Positions 1 through 14,575 of a stretch of 64,000 nt of DNA are shown piece by piece. The notes under the pieces are model-generated. The model had not been told where the DNA came from and ran no database searches. It saw only the letters and a program-made list of their open reading frames with translations. Origin of the DNA: Octopus vulgaris (lineage: Eukaryota). The position numbers and the translations under genes are program-made. Numbering within the stretch: the first letter of the stretch is position 1; every line of letters begins with the position of its first letter. The DNA is taken from NCBI GenBank assembly GCA_951406725.2, contig OX597832.1, positions 34,038,001 through 34,102,000 on the forward strand, in the 5' to 3' direction.

Positions 1-293
1 TAAAAGTGTGTGTGTATGTATGTATTGATGTGTGCATGTATGTGTATGTATGAATGTATATATGTATGTGTGTGTATGTATGAATGAATGTATATATGTA
101 TGTGTGTGTATATATGCATGTATGTATATATGTATGTGTGTATGTACTAATGTATGTATGTATTTCTCTATCTATCTATAAATATGTCTGTGTGAGGGTG
201 TGTTCACATATATGCATCGATATATTTGTATATATGAGCGTGTGTATATATATATATATGATTGCATATGTCTGTCTTCTCTGTCTATGCTTG

Positions 294-336
<43 letters not shown>

Positions 337-978
337 TATATTTATATATACATACATATGTGTGCATATATATATACTTATGTATATATATATATACACT
401 CATACATACATACATTCATATCTCTGTGTATTTTTATATTATTTATATATTAATAATTATATGCCATTACACATATATATACAGCTACGTATCCATGTAT
501 ATGCGGATAAAGAAAACATAAAGGATCTGACAAACATAAGTACTTCAATAGAATCTTGGTGTAGTGAGTGAGTGGTGAGGTTAGAAAAGCGTACATCTAT
601 ATGTCTTTGTGTAGGTCAGTGTTCACGTACGCCTGTGTCTTCACATCCATCACCGAATATATATATGTGTGTGTGTGTGCGTGTGTGTATTTGTAAATGT
701 CAGCTCAGTATATTTGCTTGTGTATATCTTTTGCTATTATCTTAATATTAATTAAAATGGAAAAATGTATCTTCATAAAGCTAGGCTGCTTTATTCTCTT
801 TGCAAAGATCAATAGGCATTGGTGAAGCATACATTCATTAAACAAGAACCTACACAGCCCATTGTTGCGTGTGTTTGTTTTACATAAGACTAATTCCAAT
901 GTATGTAAATGTGAAGTTTTCTTTGTGAATAACTACCAGACGAACAAACAGATAGACAGGCCGTAGGAATGGAGACTT

Positions 979-1011
<33 letters not shown>

Positions 1012-1240
1012 TGTTTATCGCTGAAGATTTCTCATTGTTCTTGTATCTTCTTAATATGTGGTGTAAATATGCATCCATAAATATGCTCGTGTTTACATTT
1101 ATATTTATGTGTCGCTAAGCGTATATTTTTGTGTACATTTATGTTAGTGAGTGTGTGTATATATACTTGTGTTTCTGTGCGTTGATTTTTACACCTGCAG
1201 TTTTGTGATTAGTTTTAAACCTGTGTATATATTTATGTGC

Positions 1241-1279
<39 letters not shown>

Positions 1280-2185
1280 CATAAACATATACATTTATGT
1301 ATATATACACATACATTTTTATATAAACATATATTTATGTATATATATATATACACACACATACATATTTATGTATACATACATATACATATATATGTAT
1401 ATATATATATATATTTGCATAAGCATACATAGATATATTTATGCATATATACATACATAATTATGTATATATATATATATATGTATGTAAGGATATATAT
1501 ATATATATACTTACATACATATATACACACACACATACATATTGAGTGCGCGTGTGTGTGTGTGTGTAGCTGTCAGTGTTTAATAATATGTGTATACGTA
1601 TGAATATGTGTATATACATATGTATATGCGTATGTGTGTGAGTGTGTGTGCGCATGCGTAATCTAACGTCTCTTTGCAAGAAAATAAACAAATTGTGTCA
1701 ATATATTTTGCTGTATATTTATATTTGTTTTTGCTTTGTCTCTGTATTTTTTTCCTTCATAAAACAATGCTTTCTTCAGATGTTATTGAAGTTCATTTAC
1801 AGTGCAATGTTTGTTTAGCGTTAGATCTCTCTGTCTATCCATCTCTGAATCTATCTATTTCTCTATCTATGAATATATATATACACACACATATATATGT
1901 ATTTTTTATACATACACATATATGTGTGTATATTTATATTTCGCCGTTTGTTTGTACAAAGACACTGAAATAATCCTAATTTGTAAAGCTAAATATGCTA
2001 GTATGGACATAAATATATACATACATGCATACATAGATATATAATTACCCATTTATATACATACATATACGTAACTATATGCATCTTTATGTATATTTGT
2101 GTATATGCGGATGTGTACTTACATATATATGTGTATATATGTATATCTAACTATGTATGTATGTATGTATGTATTTATCTATCTA

Positions 2186-2234
<49 letters not shown>

Positions 2235-2299
2235 ATGTGTGTGTATACGTATGTATATGTGTGTATTCCTATGTATATATATGTGTGTGTATTCCTATG

Positions 2300-2330
<31 letters not shown>

Positions 2331-2651
2331 ATGGATATACGTGTGTATGTGTGTATGTGTATAAATATATACTTGTGTCTGACATTTCTGTCCGTCTGTA
2401 TGTATATGCACGAACATGAACCTACTTGTCTAAGTTTTAATCTTCCTTTCTCCTACTTTCTTTTTCCTGTGTCAGCGAAAGCTGATCAGGTCATTTGACC
2501 TCAACTGGAACGCAAGATTTCCACGTTCATATTTGAATTTATTTTTTTTTTGTGATTCTATATCATTTGCTTTCATTGATTCCCTAACTTGATGCGCATG
2601 TAACAACTAGCCAGCCGACCCGAAAATTCTCTGTTGAGACTTCTTTATCAA

Positions 2652-2703
2652 TGAACCTGAAGAGACCCAGGCTGATATGTCGAAACGTGTTGCACCTAAT
2701 AAA
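2652..2703 (+). ncRNA. Hammerhead ribozyme-like motif (type I, minimal, degenerate)
   Basis: CTGAAGA (2657) - GAC/GTC stem II - GAAAC-GT-GTT, followed by AATAAA (2698). Stem I pairing is poor. Confidence 0.55.
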
Positions 2704-2726
2704 AGACTTATACGAAATCCATCTCC

Positions 2727-3316
2727 TATGCTCACCACCTCCAAAAAAACCTCATGTCCAACACTCAGCAGGCAAGGAGATGCTCACAGACTTGTGGGAC
2801 AAGCGTGGAGTAGTGATGATGGATTTTCTGGCAAAGGGCACCACAATTAACGGGGCATATTATGCCTCGCTACTGCAGAAATTGCGGGACGCCATCATAG
2901 CAGAAGGGCGTGGCATACTCACCAGTGATGTTCACCTCCTCAAAGACAACGCCCCAGTTCACAATGCGCATGTTTCCCAGATGAAAGCACATTCCTGCAG
3001 CTATGAAATACTTCTCCATCCCCCTTACTCTCCCGATCTCACACCATCTGACTTCCACTTCTTTCCAGCCATGAAGTCTTTCTTGGAGGGGAAGCACTTT
3101 TCGGATGATGAACTTATTTCCGAGGTAAAGTCTTGGCTCCAGACGCAACCTACTGACTTCTATAAACGAGATCTTCACAGCTGCATAAAATGATGGGAGA
3201 ATTACCTCACCCGTGGTGGTGGCCATATAGGGAAGGACTAATAATTACGCCAAGCTTCGTTCATCCCATTCCTTGAGAAATGGGTCAGGGGAAATCTTGA
3301 ATGAACATCCCTCGTA
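2727..3316 (+). mobile_element. Mariner transposase 3' fragment with right TIR (non-functional)
   Basis: Translation SAGKEMLT..WD..G..GTTING.YY..LL..L...DNAPVH...HPPYSPDLTPSDFHFF is the mariner catalytic region. It ends in TIR-like ...CATCCCTCGTA. Confidence 0.92.
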
Positions 3317-3330
3317 GATGACCTACGTAC

Positions 3331-3510
3331 GATTAAGGTAGATCGATCCGTCGAAGGAAGGAAAGGAAGCAAGGCGTGGTGTTGAAGGGAAGATGGTGTC
3401 TGAAGGAGACTCTGGAAAATTTGATGTCTGTTGAGGGATGACACATCCGAAACGATCGCGATCAGAGTAATGTAACAGAGAGTAGTTAAGGAAATAGAGC
3501 AAGCCGCCAT
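3331..3510 (-). CDS. Candidate first coding exon of a secreted protein (signal peptide-like)
   Basis: ATG at 3510, MAACSISLTTLCYITLIAIVSDVSS hydrophobic N-terminus, 60 open codons, phase-0 donor GTACGT at 3330. Unique, non-microsatellite sequence. It competes with an HHR-like motif on the other strand. Confidence 0.35.
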
Positions 3511-4361
3511 TTCTGTGTTATCTTCTATCAAACAACTTGCCTACACAAATTTTGTAATATTCCAGACGAATGAAACAATTTTATATTCACGTGGAATCCT
3601 GTCCCTGAACACCAATTTGTTTGACAGACGAATTTCCAGCGTTCCCACCAATAAAGAAATATTCTGTTAGGCATCACCCATGGTGAAGCGGCACCTTTGT
3701 TGGTGACGAGTTCGAAGGAAAAATCAAATACTCGCTCTAATGTTTGATGCGAAAACTAAAGGACGGCATTGTGATATGATATGGTTTCCAGACTCTTTGA
3801 TTCACAAGTGAAATCTTTTATAGCAAAATACCTTTCGACTCTGATAAGCCTTTGCCTTGCAACTAAAACAGCACGTAAACAAAAGTGTAAGTGGAACAAA
3901 CTGGAAATCTATAACGGTCATAGCATAAGTGTAGAAAATACGTCATAAAGCAGCAAGACTGACGTGAAATACAGAAAGCCAAATACTTTCCAACTTGTGA
4001 ATTCATGTAACGTCCTCGTAATTAGCTTTGAGTTAGCAATCACCTTTATAGAATCCAAACTCGTAGTGACACGGTTTATAGGTATTACAGATGAAATGAT
4101 GAAGAACATCTAATATCTTAATTTTACAAACACATAGTTGCCCACAAAAATCAATTAAGTATATAGCATATACGCACGCGCGCGCGCGCGTGTGTGTGTC
4201 TTTAATACGTGCCTGTCTCTAATACGTGTATTATACCTATATGTATATAGATCGAAACAGTTAGATGAGTGTGTATATATGAATACAAAAATAGCTTTAT
4301 TAGATTATATTTCTCTATGTATATAATTGTAGTAATGAAGAATTCATATATATATATATGT

Positions 4362-4406
4362 AGTCTGACGAAGGCAAGCAATCAGAACCTCGACATCACT
4401 GTCAAC
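4362..4406 (+). ncRNA. Degenerate hammerhead-like motif
   Basis: CTGACGA-AGG...CCT-CGACA (GAAA mutated)-TCACT-GTC, located right after (TA)n. Confidence 0.4.
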
Positions 4407-5129
4407 CTTTTCCTTGTAAAAGTTTAATATTCATAGTTTACCATAATCGTTGAGAAATAATTCAGTCTACCGTTCAATTGCTTTTTGAATATATAACGTA
4501 GCATAAAAAACAACAACACATGTAATGCACACACACACACACACACACACGTGTGTGTGTGTGTGTATGCATGTATGCATACATGTATTTAATTAGTGCT
4601 AGATATGACGTCAGGTGATTGTGATCCTGAAATTTTCTTACTGCAAATTAAATTTCAATATACTGCGAAGTCTTATTATTGAGTTGAATCTTTCTTCAAA
4701 TCATTTTTATTCTAAGCTCAAATGAAATTGTGAATAATTCATAGTAATATGATACTATAATTTAAATTATTATTATATATTCTGTCACCTTAGATATATT
4801 GTAGCGTCGGAGACAGAATCGCCTACATTTGCAAGAAAAAAAAACAACTCCATTTTTATTTTTTGCATCCTTCCTTTTTGTTTTTCTCTTTCACAATTTC
4901 AATCTCCTGTCAGACAAATCTTTAGTTCTAATTGCATTCAACTACAATCACGGCCACCGTAAACCTCATACATCGTAAAATTACACACACACACTCACAC
5001 ACACACATATATACATATATATATATATTCAATAGTTATACATACACAAAAGCTCAGAAATATATATTGTCGTGATTAATAATAAATGTTCGTATACTCC
5101 ATCTTCCGTCTTTCATTTCCCACATATGT

Positions 5130-5161
<32 letters not shown>

Positions 5162-5569
5162 ATGCGTGCTGTGTGGTAATGTTTCAGCAAGTAGCAAAGC
5201 ACTCGATCAGCTCAGATATTCTGACAGCAAAAAGTCACAAGGCTTGTGAAATACACCAAGCCAATTCTCCTGGTTGCAATATTCATTTATTTTGCCATTT
5301 TTCTAGCTGATAATTACATGAAGACTGTTTCTCAACTGGGTTGAAGCCAGTTGACGCTTGACCAGGAAGGAAAAATCACAAGCAGAAGACAGGAGGGATA
5401 ACCAGTTACGTAAACGAGACTGGAGTAGTTTATGATGTGTCCGGGGGAGGGGGGCTTTAGTTCATGCTAAGAGATATGTATTAAAATGCGGGCATAAAGA
5501 ACGAATCTCGTTCCCGGAATTTACTCAGTCACTGAAGGTCCTTAACCTCTTTAAAAGATACAATATTGA

Positions 5570-5690
5570 TATTGCTTTACCTATCCTGGCCTGGACTTCA
5601 ACTTCTGCTTCACCTTCGTTGGTAATTCAGTATCCGAGATAGGAAAGCTTATCGACGTACATAATTAAATCATGTCTAAGATTAACAAGA
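5570..5690 (-). mobile_element. RTE-clade LINE reverse transcriptase fragment
   Basis: Minus translation VDKLSYLGY*ITNEGEAEVEVQARIGKA matches the RTE motif 'F.YLG...EV..RI.KA'. Confidence 0.65.
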
Positions 5691-6049
5691 AGTTGTGCTT
5701 GATACTGCCCTTGTGGCAAATTAAATAAAATTAAGAAGTTGTGCTTGAGCGACATCAATCACGAAGTCATGAAAGGCAGAGACGACGCTGATAGTATTTG
5801 AACTCAGAACATTGTCTCATTATTATTGCTGTTTTTCTCACCACCACCTCAACATTCTCTACATAATTATCAGCATCACACTATCCCGTATTTTTTCCTA
5901 TTCACTGGCAAAAGTTGTATTCTTTGATATCAGCATCAGGTCGTTGCCTCACCACAAAACACACTCACAACTTTCATGCAGGTGCTTGCGCTTACAAACC
6001 CGAACACATAAAACAGAGAAATGGAAATACACGCGCACGCTTGCATATA

Positions 6050-7015
6050 TACTGTATATACACGACTATAAAACGTCCTCGCCTATAAGACATACAAGGT
6101 TCAAATTTGGAATTTTATCATTGACCCGACTATAAGTTGTAGCGACGTTTTTGATGTTGGAGAGCAAAGTTCGATAAAGAGTTGCAGTGAAGCTGGCTTT
6201 GTCGTTCCCCGTAGTTTTTACCGAAATTGTGTTTTATCCTTTAACATCGACTGTCCGAGTTTCAACCATATGGAAAAAACGGAGGTGTCTCGTTCATATT
6301 AATTATTAGCTTCCAAGTCGAACTCGTGGATCTTTCGAAGGTCTGTTACATACTGATGGAAGGAATCAGCTTTGCTGTCTACGTGGGTGGTAATTTCTGT
6401 GAGATATGAGTCCTCTCTTTCAGTGTTAGATTGTGGCGTTCCATAAACCTCGTACAACAGCCAGGGCATGCTTTAAAATCGGATATGCCATGTTCTTTAG
6501 TCACTTGGAGAGCCCGCAATCTAATGATGTTTCTCGTGACAAAACCATTCGTTTGTAGTTCAGTCACCCAGTCTCTCAATATAATCTCCTCATTGGGACT
6601 CATCAGACCCCAAATTCTCTTTCTGCATCTCGATTTCAATGCAACTTTGTGTCTTCAACAGTTTTCAGCTTGAAAGTGATATCATAAGAATTCCTCTTCC
6701 TCTTAACAAACAACATGACGTCGAATTCAAGAAAGACCGGTACGGTGCAAAAAGAAACGAGTGTTAAATTCACGTTTTAAAAATTAATTGTTTATTTCAT
6801 TCTTACAGAAGTAAAGAAATATATGTAAAGATCGTTTTCCGTGTAATTCTCGGCTTCGGAATTAGCTATTTGCGGTTTTTCGGTTATTCCAGGTGTCGGA
6901 ACTTCAGACGTGACTTGTACCTAGAAGACATCGAAAGATTTCTTTATGGGATGCGCTTATAAGTCGCACCCCACATATTTAGGTAAATATTCCCAGGAAC
7001 ATAAGTGCGACTTAA

Positions 7016-7017
<2 letters not shown>
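6050..7017 (-). mobile_element. pogo/Tigger-like DNA transposon remnant
   Basis: Fragments RNSYDITFKLK (HTH), L.DWV.ELQ..G..V....IR..A...FKA..G...RFM.RH.L (CENP-B-like HTH) and NM.ETP..F....T.D.KG...TTG.DK (DDE start). Ends TACTGTATATACACGACTATAA and ...GTGCGACTTA. Confidence 0.85.
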
Positions 7018-7078
<61 letters not shown>

Positions 7079-7124
7079 ATAGAGAGAGAGAGAGATTTGT
7101 ATTTATAAATTTGATTCCCGACCA

Positions 7125-7395
7125 GATGGTTCCTCGTTCAGACTGACTCTGTGACAACTTGGCCAAGTGTGGTCTACCATAAGCTCGAGCCAACGAAAGA
7201 CTTTGGAGTGTATTAGGTAGAGGTGAAACGAAGCAAACCCCATCGTATATCTCTGTATGTATTTGGGTTGTCTCTGTCTACTACCAATGCTTGACAAACG
7301 GTGTTGGTGTGTTTATCTACCCATAGGAGATTAAAGATGGTCCCCAACATGGCCGTAATCTAACGACTGTAAGAAGTGAATGATAAAAGATAGAA
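7125..7395 (+). mobile_element. tRNA-derived SINE family 1, degraded copy
   Basis: Similar by eye to the full copy at 57229-57618. Confidence 0.6.
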
Positions 7396-7651
7396 AATAT
7401 ATACATATATACATACATACATACATACATACATACATACATACATACATACGTGTGTATGTGTGTGTAACGATCAACGTATATTCACATTAAAACTTAT
7501 GGCAGACAATAAGATGACGCTATATTCCGAGTCCATTATTCTACGGAAAATGGCAATAAATTCTGTCTGCAATGTCTGAAAGGCGAGGATACTCAAGTGT
7601 CATGAGCGAATATGCATCTGTGTGGGTACACAGGATGATAATGTGTGTGTG

Positions 7652-7690
<39 letters not shown>

Positions 7691-8070
7691 CATACATGTA
7701 TTTATTGGTACATAAATATATATATAAGATATAGATTTATATATGTGTGTGTATACTTATGTATATATATAGAGAGAGATAGACAGAGAGATCGATGAAT
7801 ACATACATGGATACATACAAATATAGACATTTGTATCTATAAGTTATATATATATATGTGTGTGTGTGTGTGTGAACATGTATCTACATACATGAAGATA
7901 TAAATATGCATATATATATAAATATATATATATGCATAATTTTTATACATATATACATTTATATACACAAGTATACAAGCGTATATATATACGTGTATAT
8001 ATGCATGCATGTATGTATGGATAGTATTCTATCAAAGATATGTATTTATGTATGTTTGTTTATATGTATG

Positions 8071-8116
<46 letters not shown>

Positions 8117-8323
8117 GTACGTATACATGTATTTACATAAGTACGCATATTTAATATCTTTTTACATTTTGATAGCAAAACTTAAAAGTGCACAATACAA
8201 CAATGAACCGGTGTTTTTGATGTTTATCGAGTCTGATATATGTTCATTCATGTGTGGCTCTATCTGTTTATGCATGGATTTGTATATATATAAACATATG
8301 CGTGTTTGTGCGTGTGTGTATAT

Positions 8324-8358
<35 letters not shown>

Positions 8359-8510
8359 CATACATGTGCAAGTATATATGTATGTATGAGTGCATGTATA
8401 GGCTATATTCTAGCGATGCTTATCCGTCGGATGTCAGGAAGTGATACATGTTTTCCTAGAATTCCATGTTCTGTTATTAGTTTTTCCGCTTACGGTGGTG
8501 GTGGTGTTAA

Positions 8511-8700
8511 GGCGGTGAGCTGGCAGATTTGTTAGCACGCCGGGCGAAATGCCTACGTTCTGAGTTCAAATTCCGCTGAAGTTGACATTGCCTTTCACCC
8601 TTTCAGGATTGATAAATTAAGTACCAGTTGAACACTGGGGTCAATATGATCGATACATCTCCCCCCAAAATATCTGTTTTTCTGACGAAATTTGAAATTA
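8511..8700 (+). mobile_element. tRNA-derived SINE family 2 (Deu/Nin-like central domain)
   Basis: GGCGGTGAGCTGGCAGA head, B-box GAGTTCAAATTCC, and GCCTTTCA.CCTTT..GATAAA.TAAGTACC domain, ending in (TTA)n. Other copies at 35.3, 35.4 and 52.3 kb. Confidence 0.8.
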
Positions 8701-10542
8701 TTATCATTATTGCTATTATTATTATTATTAATCTCGATGCAGCATCCATCCTCTGACATTTTTCTGTTCTTCTGTCATCCAGAGCTTAAGATTACGATCA
8801 TTATTTCGATGCCTTTCAACTCCATCACTCTAAAATGCGGTCGCTAACTACACAGCATCAAAATTCTAGAGAAGGCCTTTGATTCATGAAAGATTGTTGT
8901 ATTTTTTATATTCTTAGAAACCTAAACTCTGGTTTTACCAAAAACTAAAATGAACAAGAAAAGACATCTCAAAATCAAAGTACAATCACGTTTTCGTAGA
9001 CATTTTCTTCAGAAAAATATTTCCCGGAAGTGTGTAATGTTACATTTTCCCGTTCGATAGGATTTCTTCCGTTCTCTTTGCTGCAAAAATTTGCTAAGTC
9101 GACAAATGTTTACATCCAAAAAGAAAATGATTTCTGCTGAAGTTTGCAATATGGCGGAAATCTTGTGTTTCTCTGTTCCAGTCCTTACAGCTATACGTCA
9201 CTTCCGTGGGCAATCGTACCAATAATGCTGATAATGTAATACGTACACACACACACACACACACGGCAAATTTGTCTTATATTTCACATCAGATCAATGT
9301 GGGTGCTTATTTATGGATGTGTGAGTGCGTGCGTGTATGTGTGTGTGTGTGTGTGTCTAGTGCGTATGATGCTGTTTAATTGGGATGTTATTAACCATAG
9401 CTTTGTTCCAGTGGGAGCAGACTTGTTATCAGCAACGACATTCCGTAAAACTTGGCTTGCAGTGCACGCCAGTGCACGTGTGTACTGCCTATAATGCTAT
9501 TTTGTGACAGGTTAAGCCAGTTGGAATTGACTTGTGATCAGAGACATTCTGAAGCTGACCTTCCCGTACACACTTGTTGACGTTATGTCCGTGCGAACCT
9601 GGGCGCACGCGCTTGTGTGCGTGTCTTTGGGTCTTTTGTGTTCCCCAGTAACCTGCTTGCTAGTCGGTGTTGACTTAGGGGTTCGACTATAGAAACCGAT
9701 ACATTAAGTACCAGGCATTAAAAGATTAAGTTGATAAGTTCGGCTACAACCTTTCAAGACGATGGTCCAGCATGGCCGCATTCGAATAAATGAAACGTAA
9801 AATATTAAAGATTAAGTGTTGCATCGATCCAAGCCTTGTGAATGAAGGGCATCTGACCGGATGTGGCCGTAAAATGAAGAGTGGCAACCCTCTCATACAC
9901 ACAGTGTTACACTGGTTCTGTGTGGGCATGAAGGGCACACGTGACTGTACATAGAGAGATATCAATTTAATTAGAAAGCAACTTGGTGGTCATCTTCGAA
10001 AACAACTGAGATCCATTTCATTTATTGGTGTTGCGCATATGAGTAATGTTGTGCATGTATGAGTGGTGTTGTGATGTAGCCCTTGGCTAGTCAGCCTTGC
10101 TTTCACAGACATATCATCAAAAATCGCTCCAACCAAACCCATCTAGTCCTTTTGTCTTAGTAAAAGTCACTTATGCCCATTTTGTTTCAGTTTTTGAAGA
10201 CGGTAACATGTGATTTTGTGAGAATTTAGGTGTTATTTTTAGCAACCCGAACACAGGCTGCAATTCCGCATACGAAACATAGCAGGAGGTGTTTCACAAA
10301 CGTCTTCGATTAATGTAATCATTTTTGGATGTAATCAATGGTATTTCATGATTGCCTTATTCTAAGACGAAACCAGAGCGAATCAATAGAATTTCTTATT
10401 TTGTTGTGTTTTATTTTTATGGGGTGGGGTGGGGTTTATTTATTTGCTTCTATGTATTTCTGTCTTTCTTCGTCCCCATTTAACAATATCTGAGAATCTC
10501 TCTCTCTCTCCCTCTATTTATCTATCTATCTATCTATCTATA

Positions 10543-10587
<45 letters not shown>

Positions 10588-11701
10588 GTATGTCTGTCTC
10601 TCTGTCTCTCTGTCTGTCTAACTATCTATTGATGTTTTCTTCTCTCGATCTCTCTCTGTCTCTATCCCTTTCACTATCTGCGTTTCTCTCTCTCTCTCTT
10701 ACACAGTCTCTCTATACCTCTCTCTGTCAGCATTTGAATATGTCTGCCTACTCTTTCTCATATTCACACACACACACACACTCTCTCTCTCTCTTTCTCT
10801 CTCTCTCTAGCTCTCACTGCCTCACAGCATTTAGCTGTCTACAAATCTTTAATTCCTCTCTTTCTCCCTTTCCCCTTTTCACTCCTACTCTCTCTCTCTA
10901 CCTCTGACACTCTCCCAACTTTCTTCTCTCTTCTGAATTCCCCTTTTCCTCCTTCATTCCCACTTTATTACCCAATCATCCTTTCTCTCATTCAACCTCA
11001 CTTTCTTTCTTTGTCTCCCAACCCCCTCTTCTCTCTCTCTCTTTCTCTACCTATCTATCTTTCTATCTTTCTACCTATATTTCTACCTGTCTTTCATTCT
11101 ACCTGTCTTTCTTTCTACCAGTCTGTCTTTCTATCATTATATCTATCTATCTAATTTCATCATCCTTTCTCCACAGTTTTATATTTTCTCTCTATCAGCA
11201 TACACGATTCTGGACCTCCTCTATCTCTCAAATATTCTCTTTTCTCTCTCTCTCTCTCTCTAGCTTTGTCTGTCTGTGTGTCTTACACAGTCACACATCC
11301 ATAACAATCATACTTTTGTAATACTCACCATTCCTACTTTTTCTTCTACATCTCACCAGAATCATGTCTCATATTTTTTCCCTCGACCGCAACCTACCTC
11401 GTTTCCCACCTCTCATCTGTCTTCCATGCTCTGTGAAAACTGACGTGGAATCGTACCGAGATAGCACTCGGTATTTTACGGTTCAGTCACCAGAATCAAA
11501 CCGGAATTTGTCACATTATTCATATTTCTAAGGAATTACCATTATCAAAGAGGAAATGAAATATGTATGCAGTAATACGGGGTTCGATATGAGGGGTAGC
11601 AGTTCTTATCATCAAAAGTTTTGATACTTTCAATGAACAAAAAAATATAGAATAAAATGATATACAAATACATTCACAAATTTATACACATGCGCACGCT
11701 C

Positions 11702-11739
<38 letters not shown>

Positions 11740-12261
11740 CATTCACTGCAACTCGTTGCTAACCCTGAGCTAGAGAGAAACTTTGAGCTTATCGAATTTG
11801 CTCGTAACTTCGATATGGGGAAAAGTGCGTAACCCTCGACGGCAATAAATTATTGTTCCTGACCGTACACGGTCCACTTTTTGTTTCTATCCTTGCCATA
11901 GACTACCTGATTTTTACCAATTTCCTGCACTGGGATCAATGGATCTTCTCCTTGTCTTGTATATCAACATAAATGTGTGTGCGTCTGTGTGTGTGTGTGT
12001 GTGTGTGTCTACAGGGGGAGAGAGAGAGTCAACAGGTGAGATTCAGAGATGCTCGATATAGAAAACACGTCGCAGTGCTCAAATGATTTGAATTTACTAT
12101 TTATGTTCATCGAGGACTAAGGTCGTGATTTAAAGAATATCTTTAAGAGGAGTCCAGGTGAGCTGATATGGACGTAATGATTTCAATAAACAAAGAAACA
12201 AAAACTTTAAAAATTCAAACGATGAGCATTCGTGTATAAGACAGAAGATATAATATTTACA

Positions 12262-12435
12262 GACCGGATGTACATAGAGTAGAACCGGCTGTTTCTGGGG
12301 AATCGGATTATGTAATAGTTGTCGTGTTGGCAGATGGAATGTGCAAAATGTCAAGAATACGCAACCATTAGTGGATGCATATAAACATTGCTGTAAACCT
12401 GGCCTCTGTCTTCAGGGTGGAGAGATTAGTATTTA
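12262..12435 (+). pseudogene. Decayed Cys-rich EGF/laminin-like exon remnant
   Basis: After TTTACAG: TGCT*SRTGCFWGIGLCNSCRVGRW...CCKPGLC, with EGF-like C/G spacing and an in-frame TAG. Confidence 0.3.
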
Positions 12436-12889
12436 AGTGTATTTAATGGGTTTCATATATCATTGCAAAGAATAATGAGGATGATCTACAACCGATGTGT
12501 GTGTGTTTGTATGTGTGTTTATATATATAAAACAAATATCAATTAAGATAAAAGAACTGCTCGAAACGTTTTTGTAGAGTACCATTTTATTAATTTTTAC
12601 AAGGAAGAACTTGATTCTGACTTCAAAGGATCCGTCAATGGAAAAAGTTTGGCAAAATACATAATCTTTATGGGTTTATCTGGATTATAGTTTATGATAA
12701 ATGCATGCATTTCGCTTACATTTATTTTGTATTATAGCTAGAAATTGCAACAAGCATATTCAGATTTGAAAACCCTAATAAGTGCTTATAACAACACAAT
12801 CACTTTGGTCGAAGTTTAAAATTTCTTGACAGAAAGATAAAATAACACAAACCTCAACTTCCGCCAGACGTCACTAGTGCAAACAGTTG

Positions 12890-13245
12890 TTTTCAAGTAT
12901 CACTTGAGAAGGAAAGTGAGAGTAGAGAAGCAAGTTTTGTCCAGCGAATGTTTAAAAAAAGCTGGGTGAATGTAGCAAGGATGGCGCGTATGAATGACGA
13001 AGCCACCTTGAGACTAATCCTATGAACCCGGACAATTTTAAGACGGATAAACCTCATCTGCTTCCCCCTTTACACTTTACATCATGACATTTCTGTGATA
13101 CACGATCCCTATTGATCGTTTTTTTTCTTTCCTTTTTACGATTCCTTTTGACCAAAAACCTACCCCACTTTTCTCCCCCAAAACAAAAGCTCTACCTTAT
13201 AATCTGTCCCGTCTCTGTTCAGCCCTGTTTGGCCAATAAACAAAC
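12890..13245 (+). mobile_element. Tx1/L1-like LINE 3' end
   Basis: FKYHLRRKVRVEKQVLSSEC..K.WVNVARMA C-terminus (frameshifted), then a pyrimidine-rich UTR and AATAAA near 13235. Confidence 0.55.
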
Positions 13246-14575
13246 ATCTTTAATCATTGTTTTGTAAAGACTAAAACAGGATAAAAATCATTTTTAGTTT
13301 CAAAGATGGTCGCTACTTTCATTTGGCACAGTTTATTTTTTCACCTTCTTATATGAATGAAAGGTAAATAATATCAAAATCGCTGTATCAAACCAAAGTA
13401 GCTCTCTTCATTATACGACTTTATCTACCCATTTCCTGCAAAGACGGAGTTTCCTCCTCTTCTTTTCTATTTCCTCCTCCGCTTCCTACACTACTCCTTC
13501 CTAAATCTACTTCCGCTTTACATAATTCTTATTTACATTACTCCACCAACAAAATAACGAACAACCAAATATTAATATAAGCAAGAAAGAATCAAAGAAA
13601 ATCACAGTTTAATGACAGTTCTGAAATCGAAAATTCGAGGTCACTATCAAACTAATATAAGCGAAGATTGTCTCATAACTCAACTAATCCTTTACTCGGG
13701 ACTGTTACATTATTTCATGACCCCAGAAGGATCAAAGGCACAAATAACCTTGCTGGTATTAGAACTTACTGCACATTCAGCCCAAAAAAAATTCTGCAAA
13801 GGAATTCGAATTGTCAGCAGTAAAGAACTGCTCACCAAATCTGTGACTGTTTATCTTCTGAGAATACACACAGACACAAATCGATTTTAAATTTTGATGT
13901 TAGTCTCAAGTGATAAAATCTGATTATAGATTTATCTTCAGTCAATCAGAACATGTAAATAAAAATGTTTTAGACGTCAGGAATTTCGAATAAATTTTTA
14001 TTCTAACAATGAATTAAGTATATTTTATTTAATTCTATTTCAACAATGTCGTTACATCTATGACATTACGACTATGATGCTGATACAAGGAGATTATATA
14101 ACTCATGTTTGGAGGAATGGATTGTACACGAGACCTTCACAGACACTTTGAGGAGGTGACATTAAAAACATTAACGTTTCGTTTAACTTGCAAGTCAAAA
14201 GCTCGAGGTTTCACGTAAACGATGATCAGACAGTCGTAAGAAAATACTTATAACATATATGTGTATGTGCGCATATATGCCTGTGTGTGTATGTGAATAT
14301 GTGCGTGAGTGTGTATGTTTTTTTTAAAGTCAAGTAATGTGCAAAATCAGTGGACAAACAGCCGTGATACTCAATAGTTTTTAGAATCGTATCGTGTTTA
14401 TTAATTTTTACACGGAGAGGTTTAACAGCGGCTTCTAAGTTTCGGTCTCTCTGATGTCGATGCACTACAAAGGCCGAAGCATTAAGAATTAGTTTATTAT
14501 AGCGTGATATTGAATCGATAAGTTTGTACAGTTCAAAGATAACCGGTGATTTTCGTCAGTCGTAAAAAATTGATC

